A DNA stretch of 44,110 nt, taken from assembly GCA_001724245.1 (NCBI GenBank), contig MEDX01000074.1, forward strand, positions 1-44,110. Direction: 5' to 3'. This document shows, one piece after another, positions 1-8,708 of this stretch. Origin of the DNA: Fonticula-like sp. SCN 57-25 (taxonomy: Eukaryota). Under the pieces are notes generated by a model, which was given only the letters and a program-made list of their open reading frames with translations, searched no databases and was not told the origin of the DNA. Numbering within the stretch: the stretch's first letter is position 1; every line of letters begins with the position of its first letter. The position numbers and the translations under genes were made by a program.

Positions 1-55
1 CGGGGTTCATCATCAGCAGACCAAGGGCATTAAACATGTTCTGATTGAGCGCCAT
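1..55 (-). CDS. 5' end of a gene running off the left edge (MALNQNMFNALGLLMMNP...), possibly WBP2/GRAM-domain-like
   Basis: GCC-ATG-G start at 55, open to the window edge and divergent from the DHHC gene. The N-terminus loosely resembles WBP2-family starts, but only 18 codons are visible. Confidence 0.3.
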   Translation of the reverse strand, partial: MALNQNMFNALGLLMMNP

Positions 56-184
56 GGCGCAAGAAAATACGCTCAAGTAGCGCAAACACTACAGAAAAAG
101 CAGGAAAACAGGTAGAAAACGACGCTGGGCCTACTTGCTCTCCGGTGAACCGACTCGGGTAAACAGATGCCCAGACGGGTGACG

Positions 185-243
185 TTCAAAATGATGACTC
201 ATCAAACTCATGGCGGGAAAAACAGGATAATACAGGATAATAC
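185..243. promoter_or_regulatory. Divergent promoter with AP-1/Gcn4-like ATGACTCAT, E2F-like TGGCGGGAAA and a tandem ACAGGATAAT repeat
   Basis: Motifs read directly at ~194-202, 211-220 and 222-241, between two divergent ATGs. Function is inferred from consensus only. Confidence 0.35.
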
Positions 244-320
244 GCGATATGGAGCCAGGGGAGCGATGATCAGGCGAGTTAAGCAGCAGACGCTTCTGGA
301 GCTAACAGAGCTCACGTATC

Positions 321-1507
321 ATGAGTGTGGATGGGCACATTAAGCCAAGAGGGAGTGTGCGAGAGGGTAGTCTACGGCGGTGGTGCGGCGGCCGTTTTGT
401 CGTCGGGCCGGCGTGGCTGCCCTTTGCCTCCGTGATCATCGTGATCACAGCCATAACGGCGCTCTTTTTCGTATTTGAGTGAGTTTTCATGTATTTTTGT
501 GCCATTGCTAACATTGTAGAAAGGGTAGGATTTGTTTGGAACGAGCTTTCGCCCGCCTGCGCCGTTCTTGTTGGTTTGCTCTCTTTTACCGCGCTGGCGT
601 CTCTATTCGCTGCGGCCTTTACAGAGCCCGGCGTGTTGCCACATAGGCGCCCTCTTGGTGTTGCCCCTTTGCAGACGGCGGAGCTTGCGCTCAAGGCGGT
701 GATGTACCGGGAGGTCTCGGTAAGCGCAGCGAGCGTGATAGTAAAGTACTGCTATTCATGCAGGATGTGGAGGCCGCCGCGGTGCTCGCATTGCAAGACA
801 TGCAACTGCTGCATAGGTGCGCACGACACAGCTTTTATCATGTAGCTCACATTACCGCATAGACCGCTTTGACCATCGTACGCAGTCCCCCACCACCTGC
901 TAAAAAACTGACCAGCCTAGACTGCGAAATCATCAACAACTGCATTGGGCGGCGCAATTACCGCTTTTTTGTTTGGTTTCTGGGCTCATGTTCGCTCGGC
1001 CTTCTCGTGATCGTATGCCCCCTTCCGTCCTCATCGGCCTGCTAACCGTCTTTGCGTAGCTCGCCTTTAGCATCGTGCAGCTTGTGCTGGCGTCGCAGCG
1101 CCCCCACGGCGAGCACAGCAACCCCTTCCGCCGAGCGCTGGCCGCCGAGCCCGTGAGCTTTGCGCTGATTCTCGCGTGTTCGATATTCTCGATGGCCGTG
1201 GTACCTCTTTGGATTTATCACGTGTGGCTCGCGGCGCGGAACCGCACTACGCACGAGGACCTCAGCGATACGCCGCCAATGAAGGACGGCGCCGAGATGA
1301 ACCCTTATTCGAATGGCCCCTTGCGCAACGTCGCGCAGCTATGTTGCGGCCCATTGCCCCCCAGGTGCGCCGCGCGCAATGTTGTTTGTTTGTCCCCGCG
1401 CCCCATTACTCACCGGGTGGTCTCTCGGCCCCTTTTTGTTTAGCTATATTTACCTCCGGGACGCGCTCGTCGCCCCCCTGCCTCTCGGCCATCGCTCGCC
1501 CCCTTAG
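321..1507 (+). CDS. ERF2: DHHC palmitoyltransferase, ERF2/ZDHHC9-14-18 type (6 exons)
   Basis: Spliced product contains [69 protein letters not shown] and NPYSNG...CCGPLPPS. Introns at 479-523, 817-862, 878-920, ~1013-1059 and ~1365-1443. Confidence 0.88.
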
Positions 1508-2443
1508 CTCAACGGCGCCCCTGGGAAAACGTTGCGCTTTCCTGGTTGTTGTACGTCCGCATTCGATCATCGAACAATTGGAAGGCGCGCGGGCCGCCTC
1601 GAGTTGCGGCGCTCTAGACCGCTGCCTAATTCCACCTCAACCCTCTATATTTCCTTTTATGGTTAATTGAACGGTCCTCCTTATCTAGCCGTCCAATCAG
1701 GATTTGCAGGGGGGACGGTCGGTTGATCGATCGGAGGGCCCAGACCTCGGCTCATTCGCCTTGGCATTCCAATCGCAACCTGTCCCGGATAGGAAGCTGT
1801 TCCCCGCAGTAATCGATTGCGCTCGCCATAATGGCCCATGTTAAAGCGTGGCAAACAAGGGGGAACGGCGCATGTTAAAGGCAAAAAGCGAGAAAAAGAC
1901 GCCGAAAAGAGAGAAGGGCTCCTCCTAAAAGAGGCACTTCGGATCAGAGTCGAGGGGACGGCATCGGCTTTCGGTTGAAAACGCGGCCAGGCTACCCTAC
2001 AAATCTCCCGCGCACTACGAGGAGAAAAGAGGCCGGCTGCTTAGCCCTACCGCGTGGCAGAGAAGGAGCGCAACGCTTCAGATCGCTTCGTGACGACCCC
2101 GTTTTTTAAGGAGTCGACGGGGTTGTTGGTCGGAGGATTTGCTGGACGTGTGTACCAGGCAGGTCACTCCAAAGAGGGGCTCAAAGAGTCTCCCCGTAGG
2201 CAGTACAAAGTCTCCAGGGCGCGTTTGTGGAGCCGAGAACCCGAACGAAGACAGGATTTTTCCTTCTCTTCTTCAACGGGGATCGGTCGGCGCTCTTTCC
2301 GTTTCTTTTTGCACACTTTCGTGCAGCCCTTTTTTACCCGTCAGGCCAACGCTTTGTCGCGTCCCTCCCGGCTGTGTTAGTCGGCTGTGTTAGTCGCGTT
2401 TAACTTTTGAGAAAAGGAGATATTTTTGGTTGAGGCACTTTCT

Positions 2444-3601
2444 ATGGACGCGAACGTCGAAACAGCTGCGCTCCAAACATCTGCTAGCCGCTTTGGTGCG
2501 CCCTCTTTGCTCGCCCTCCCTTGCCCATTTCTCTTCTTGTGTGCTAATACGCTGGTCCCAGGCGTGCTTGAGCCGTCAACGTCCTCGTACATTGGCCGCC
2601 CGCAGCCTGTGCCGGCGCATCCCGGGTATGTCCCGTACGTCTTTGCCGACTCGAATGCCTATGGCGGCGATGTCTTTGGCAAGGGCCAGGTGATGCCGTC
2701 CATTTCGGCCGCGGGATCGACGCAGACTGGCGCGCTCAGCATGCCGTCGGTCTTTATCCCCGGTCTCGGGGTGACTGCAGGGCAGGTGGGTGCTGGCGGC
2801 GATATCCAGTACTGGATCTCGCCTGTGCAGGGCGCGGGTGCCTCCTTTGCGCCCATGCAGGTCGGCCCGGCCGGCGTCATGCCGTCGTTCATGCCTTCCT
2901 ACGGGCACATGTCGCACATGGGCCTCCCGCCGCCGCCCTCGATGTACTCGCTCGTCCACCACGCGGACGCCCCCAGCGTCGCTGGCGGGTCAACCCCTTC
3001 GGGCTCCGCCGCGGTCACCGGCGCTGGGCCGATGCAGCTGCTCGCCTTTCCTCCTCTGCTGCCGCCGATGTCGCCTGCGCCCGCGAGGGACGCCGTCGCA
3101 AATGGTGTGTCGTCGGCCGGCCCGCAGCCTTTGACGATAAAGGCTCGCTCGCCGTCGAATGGGACGAGCGCCGAAGGCGAAGGCGCCGGGTCGTTCGAGC
3201 GCGGGCCGTCGCTCCTCGACAGCCTCGCGGCTGCCGCGGCCATGTCGCTGAGGAATAGCGACGAGGAAGGCGACAGCGACGACGGGTCGTCGGAGGGGCC
3301 GGTGGCAGAGGGAGGCAAGGATGGCAACAGTGTGGCCATGCGCCGCGGGAGAATTGCGAATGGGCCGCCGCGCAAGCTGCACCTCTGCTCAATCGATGGG
3401 TGCAAGAAGGTGTTCAAGCGGCTCGAGCACCTCAAGCGGCACAACAGGATCCATACCGGGGAGAAGCCGTTCTTCTGCCAGGTGATGGGGTGCAAAAAGA
3501 GGTTCAGCCGCGCGGATAACTTGTCGCAGCATATGCGGACACATACAATCAAGGTTGCGACCGACGCTCCCGAAGTGCAGGTGTTTGCTCGGAAAGACTA
3601 G
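2444..3601 (+). CDS. C2H2 zinc-finger transcription factor with two C-terminal fingers of fungal SteA/Seb1/Msn2-like type
   Basis: [53 protein letters not shown], with a Pro/Ser/Met-rich N-terminus. Probable in-frame 66-nt intron 2496-2561 (GTGCG...CTAAT...CAG). Confidence 0.88.
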   Translation: MDANVETAALQTSASRFGAPSLLALPCPFLFLCANTLVPGVLEPSTSSYIGRPQPVPAHPGYVPYVFADSNAYGGDVFGKGQVMPSISAAGSTQTGALSMPSVFIPGLGVTAGQVGAGGDIQYWISPVQGAGASFAPMQVGPAGVMPSFMPSYGHMSHMGLPPPPSMYSLVHHADAPSVAGGSTPSGSAAVTGAGPMQLLAFPPLLPPMSPAPARDAVANGVSSAGPQPLTIKARSPSNGTSAEGEGAGSFERGPSLLDSLAAAAAMSLRNSDEEGDSDDGSSEGPVAEGGKDGNSVAMRRGRIANGPPRKLHLCSIDGCKKVFKRLEHLKRHNRIHTGEKPFFCQVMGCKKRFSRADNLSQHMRTHTIKVATDAPEVQVFARKD

Positions 3602-4133
3602 AAGGACGAGGCCTATTGAATAGCGTTTGTTTATATATTGTGTAATTGCTGTACATAGAATGATTCTTGCTTTTGTGTTTGTATTCGATCGTTGGAGGTG
3701 TTTTTGGTGGCTGGTTAATAGGTGGTTTATTTAAGAGCCGCTCGGCTTTCCCCCCTGCTTGATGACCGTCACACGGCCGCCCCTTTCCGGGCACGACGTG
3801 TAGGTGTTGTCTGCGAGGTTCCGTCACTCTTGCTTGTGACCGACCTGCTTTGTGCGCGATTGCCCTGCTTGCCTCCCTTGGCGAGCTCGGCCGTGCCCCA
3901 TATTTTTTCTTGTTTCGCATTTTCTCTCCTCGGAATGCGCTTTCCGCTAGATTTTCCTCCTCCATCCCTATATATTATTATATGCCACATGGATATATAA
4001 ACTCGATATCTTTTCTGAATTTCCGCGACTTGAAAGCATCACTGAGGCGATATCGTCACAATCAACCCGATCTTATTCGTACAGCACACACTAAATACAA
4101 CAACCAGCAGATAGCGTCACCTAGCAGATAACA

Positions 4134-5133
4134 TCACCTTGCGGTCGCCGATATTAGCGCGTTGATGAGGATTCCCGCCGCGACGGACACGTTGAGCGAA
4201 TCGACCGCCTCTGGCCCATCGACCTTTGCGCCGCTGATCTTGACCTGCATGTCGCACAGCCTCCTCACGGCAGGTCGGAGACCCCTCCCTTCGCTCCCTA
4301 GCACTAGAATGGTGGGCTTGGTTGCGATTTCGCTCGCTGTCGTCGCACTGAGCTCCTTCGCCGAGGCTCCCAATGTCGCGCCGAGGGTCTGCCACCCCGA
4401 CGCGCGACTGTCCTCGAGCGTCGTCATGAGCACCTTGCTCGAGAAGATCTCCATAAACTCGAGTGCACCGGCGCTCGCGCGGCTCACGGCGGGCGACAGC
4501 GGCGCACTGTTGCGCTCGCACAGCATGACGCCATCAACGCCAAAGTAGTGCGCCGAGCGGAGGATGGCGCCCAGGTTGTGAGGATCGACAACCTGGTCGA
4601 GCGCGAGCCACAGCGGCACCCGCCGGGTCGCCCGGATAGGAAGCACGCGCGATGCGAGAGGCGGGCCCCGAAGGTAAATGTCGTATTCATGAAGCCGCTC
4701 GTCAGCCTGAAGCGCGCCCAGGTGGGAAATTGGCGTCGCAGGGAGCGCGCTGCACTCGAGGGCGACGCCCTGCTCATCAAGGTTAGTGCTCGCGTACAAG
4801 TGGAAAGGGAGCGCGCACGCCGTGAGTCCCATTAAGTGTCAGGCGATTCAGGTGGTGACGGTCAGTGTACCTAACAGGCACGCTCGCCTCCTTGGCGAGG
4901 CGCACAACGGCTGCTCTGAAAGCATGGGTTCAGCTATCACCAACCCACGTGCCGACGCAAGCATACCTCGCCTCGTCATTGGAAGGTGTTGCGCCATGCG
5001 ATCCGCTCGACTTTTCGCTATCAAGGACCCAGACAACCTTGAACTCTCGCCGCGCGGCAAAGAGAGCCGCGCGCACCGACGCCAGGCCAAACAGTACGTG
5101 GCGATCAAGCGCGGACACCGCTGCTGCCGCCAT
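4134..5133 (-). CDS. MRM1: SpoU/TrmH-family rRNA 2'-O-methyltransferase (mitochondrial MRM1-like)
   Basis: SPOUT motifs LDQVVDPHNLGAILRSAHYFG, RASAGALE, LVLGSEGRGLR and VDSLNVSVAAGIL. Introns at ~4916-4966 and ~4770-4818. Confidence 0.88.
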
Positions 5134-5142
5134 GGTGGAGCG

Positions 5143-5186
5143 GTTTGCAATGCAGTTTGCACTTTGTTTTGCAGTCCAGTTTGCAC
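5143..5186 (+). repeat. Four TTTGCA hexamers at exact 12-nt spacing in the MRM1/DCTN5 divergent promoter
   Basis: TTTGCA starts at 5144, 5156, 5168 and 5180, with variable spacers between copies. Confidence 0.8.
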
Positions 5187-5210
5187 ATCAGTTGAGTGGT
5201 CGGCAGGGCA

Positions 5211-5955
5211 ATGTCGATGCAGCAGCTGGCATCGGAGCCGTGGGGCTGGGAGGACTCGCCCGTGACGACATACGACAAAGCGGAATACATTGATACATAC
5301 ACGGGCAATAAGGTGAGCCGCAAGGCGATGGTGTCCGGGAGCGACAAGGTGATTGCAGAGGGCAAGGTACAGATGGTTTTCCTTGTGCGAGGTCACGCAG
5401 GGCTGACCAGCGAGCTTGAATAGGTGATTTTTATGCACAATACGATGGTACGGGGCGACCTGCGCTCAAGTGAAACACAAAAGCACGCCGTCAAGTTTGG
5501 GCGGTATTGTATTTGTGAGCCTGGGTCGGTCGTTCGGCCAGGGTGGGTCGCCAAGGGGTGCGCTCGCATCGCAGATCGACGTGACCCGTTCGCTAACACA
5601 TCCGCAAAGCTACGTACCCGTGCAAATAGGCAACCATGTCATTATAGGGGAAGGGACGGTGTGCGAGGCCACGAGCATCGGCAGCCGTGTTGTTATTGGG
5701 AAAAACTGTGTCATCGTACGCATGCCGTGTCGTTGTTGCTATGCTAACGCCCATCCGCAGGGTGCCGGCGCCATGATCATGGACGGCGTCCGCATCGCCG
5801 ACAACTCTGTAATCCCGCCGGCGATGGTTGTACCACCACTATCTCTCGTCGCTGGCAATCCCGCTTCGCGCATCGCCGAGCTGCCAGAGTCATCTATCGA
5901 CCTGATCACGCGGTTCGTCGAGGGTCGCTACCTCAAGTTTGTCGCTCGCAGTTAA
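5211..5955 (+). CDS. DCTN5: Dynactin subunit 5 (p25), left-handed beta-helix protein
   Basis: [59 protein letters not shown] and VVPPLSLVAGNP. Three GT-AG introns. Confidence 0.92.
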
Positions 5956-6032
5956 TAAAGCAGCGCGGCGTGCTGTACAAATTCTATTACATTGTTCGAA
6001 TATCCAAAAATGATGTACACATCTATGTTTTG

Positions 6033-7187
6033 CTATGCTTGCGCGGCGGCAGAGGTAGTCGATATAATGGTGAATGTTCTCCCGAGCGCGACCTGTGCGA
6101 TCTCCTCTGCAGCCCCGGCGACGAAAATTTCCTTCGGCTCAGCCGTTGAATCGATGTCAGCCGAAAGCCCGAGCTTGCCGTCGGCGTTTGACCCAATCCC
6201 AAACACGCCGCTGCCGTCGCGCGCGACCATGACCGCGTGCTGCCCGCTGGCGGCAATGCGCGCAATGGGCGGGAGCCCGCCTATCCTCGTAGGCGTCGCC
6301 AGAGGCGCCGCGGACCCGACCGCCGCGCCGGCGCCCCACCGCCAAACGGCGCCGTCCTCGTCCAGAACGAGGCCAAACGCGTACCCCGCGGCAATACCGA
6401 CGGGCCGCGCCATCGCCGCCGGAGCGCTCATCTGCGCCACCGCCGGCGCGCGGTCCGCCACCGCAAAGCACTGCGCATACTCGGAGTTGCCCCACGCAAG
6501 CACGTCACCCCGCGCAGTCAACGCGAGCGTAAAGTCACCCGACGTGGCCACGTGAGTAGCGCCTGCAACGCCCGCGACGGCGCGCGGCTGCCGCTCGACG
6601 CGCTGCCGCTCTCCGGGCGCGCGCTTGGAGCCGCCGGCGGAGAGGCCAAGCTGGCCGTCCGCATTCCAGCCCCACGTGTACACCGCCCCCGACGACCCGA
6701 GCGCCACCGTGTGGTCCAGCCCGCACGCCACCTGCGCAATCTCCCTATCGGCGCCGCCGAGCACGAGCCGCCCGCCGGCGTCGTTCTTGGCGGTCCCTTC
6801 GCGGACAGCAACATCATCGGCGCACTGGCCGTGCGGCGAGCTGCCCCACAAAAGGATCTCGTCGGGCTTGCCGACGTCGCGCACGTGCAGCGCAGAGTGT
6901 ACGCGGCCGGCCGAGAAACCAACTAGACGACGAGTGGGTGAAGGATCATTCACCATCCCGAGCACGCGAAGGCCCGTGATCCATTCGGCATTGAACGAAG
7001 GCTGCGACCGAACATTGCCATACCCAATGCCGTACACGACGGCATGGTTGTCGCACATTAGCGCGTGATGAACGCCGCCCGCAAACAAAAACGGGCGGTC
7101 GCCGGGAAGCCGCCCCGGGAGCAGCTTGGATAGCCGCGCGCCAGCAAGCATGCCAAAGGACACGACACGCGTGCTGCTCCCCGACAT
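6033..7187 (-). CDS. RCC1-repeat beta-propeller protein (RCC1L/WBSCR16-like)
   Basis: Repeats SAGRVHS, QVACGLDHTVAL, VYTWGWNADGQLG, VLAWGNSEYAQ and GSNADGKLG in a single long ORF. Confidence 0.8.
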   Translation of the reverse strand: MSGSSTRVVSFGMLAGARLSKLLPGRLPGDRPFLFAGGVHHALMCDNHAVVYGIGYGNVRSQPSFNAEWITGLRVLGMVNDPSPTRRLVGFSAGRVHSALHVRDVGKPDEILLWGSSPHGQCADDVAVREGTAKNDAGGRLVLGGADREIAQVACGLDHTVALGSSGAVYTWGWNADGQLGLSAGGSKRAPGERQRVERQPRAVAGVAGATHVATSGDFTLALTARGDVLAWGNSEYAQCFAVADRAPAVAQMSAPAAMARPVGIAAGYAFGLVLDEDGAVWRWGAGAAVGSAAPLATPTRIGGLPPIARIAASGQHAVMVARDGSGVFGIGSNADGKLGLSADIDSTAEPKEIFVAGAAEEIAQVALGRTFTIISTTSAAAQA

Positions 7188-7209
7188 GGCAGGCCTCTAC
7201 ACCTCTGAC

Positions 7210-7248
7210 ACTGCCCCTCAAGCGATTCAGAATTTACTGCCCCTCAAG
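7210..7248 (+). promoter_or_regulatory. Direct repeat ACTGCCCCTCAAG x2 in the 66-nt spacer between two divergent ATGs
   Basis: Perfect 13-nt copies at 7210-7222 and 7236-7248. Confidence 0.6.
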
Positions 7249-7253
7249 TTGCA

Positions 7254-7953
7254 ATGACTGGCTCGTCGGGACGGGACGCCAAGGTGGGCGTCATGTTTGT
7301 GTGCCTCGGTGCGTGTTGTGTCGTCGCGGGAATCAGTGCGTACTGACACTTCATGAAAGGCAACATTTGCCGTAGCCCCATGGCAGAGGCCGTTTTTGCC
7401 CACATTGTCAAGGAGCAAGGGCTGGCGGACCGGTTCGTGGTCGATAGGTCCGACCTCGCGCCACTTTTGTAGCGCGCCACTCACCCTTGCTCAGCTGCGG
7501 CACGGCAAACTACCACGTCGGCGATTCCCCGGACCACCGGACCCTGCAGACATGTCGCAAGCACGGTGTTCCCAGCAATCACCGCGGCCAGCAGCTGCAC
7601 AAGAACCACTTTACAACGTTTGACTACATTCTGGGCATGGACCGCAGCAACATGCAAAACATCAAGAATGTCACGCCCGCCGGAATTACCGCGCACGGTA
7701 CGCCGCAGTACTGCTTTGTACATTCCTGGGTACTTATTGCCCGCTCAGTGGCGCTTTTTGGCGATTTTGATACCGACGGGGCATGCATCATTGAGGATCC
7801 GTACTACGACGGTCCGGAGGCATTCGAAGTCGGTGCGCTCATTAACCAGCCGACTTTTGTTCTATCGGCTAATGTTCATACACAGTGTACCAGCAATGCG
7901 TTCGTGCGAGCCAAGGCTTTCTGGCGCACCTTAGGCAGAAGAATATCATTTGA
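7254..7953 (+). CDS. ACP1: Low-molecular-weight protein tyrosine phosphatase (ACP1/LTP1 family)
   Basis: Spliced VMFVCLGNICRSPMAE P-loop, DSCGTANYHVG, FDYILGMD and IEDPYY. Four introns. Confidence 0.93.
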
Positions 7954-8049
7954 GATTCACGGGTCATTAAAGAGTGCCTCAACATTAGTGTATACTCTAA
8001 AAATGTGAATGCATAATGCTACAATATCATCCCGAATAGCCCACCAGAA

Positions 8050-8510
8050 TCACTGCGCAGAAAGTCCAAGCTCCTGCAGATGCTGCCTTAAGAACGGCTG
8101 CCAAGCTCGCAGGATGTCGTCCGACTTGATCGGAAGGTTGCAGCTGACGAGACACTGCCGCCCCGTCGCTTTCACTGATCCAGAGCATGAGCAACGCGAC
8201 ACGCAAATCAAAATCGTACCAAGTAGCCGCGAAAGCGATGCGCTGGCGTCGTCAGAGTGCGTAGAGAGCATCGTTAGCGTCGCCGGTTCGATCGCCTTAA
8301 ACCGCGGCATCAGTACGCAAACCCGCCTAGATGATGATCACGTACCGCGCGAACATTCATGGAGACCGCGAGATGCGAAAAGGTCGGGTCGCTGGAAAGC
8401 CATACCAATAGGCTGTCTGAGAGAACAATAAAGGACGAGTAGATATTTGTCTGAAGCACTGAATCTGTAAAGGTGCGCACGACGGGCCCATCATCATTGG
8501 CCCCCGACAT
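8050..8510 (-). CDS. PSMG4: Proteasome assembly chaperone 4 (PAC4/PSMG4)-like protein
   Basis: LSDSLLVWL, LAVSM and SASLSRLLVKATGRQCLVSCNL pattern. About 120 aa after removing two introns. Confidence 0.72.
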
Positions 8511-8708
8511 TGTCACAAGAAAACGTCTCTAATAAAGACGAGATTTGAAGTTGATCGTCATCAATAACGAGGCCATATTATTGCATTCGCTGTGTCATAG
8601 AGGAATGGTTTATTAACTCCCCCTTCCCCCCTTCTCTACAATTCGTACAAAAACACACAAAGCAAGCAGAAATATTATTCCACATCGGACAGAACCTGGA
8701 AAGTCTCC

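Noticed and set aside
5143..5186. CRISPR-like repeat-spacer array
   Set aside because: Repeats are only 6 nt with 6-nt spacers, the context is eukaryotic and no cas genes are present.
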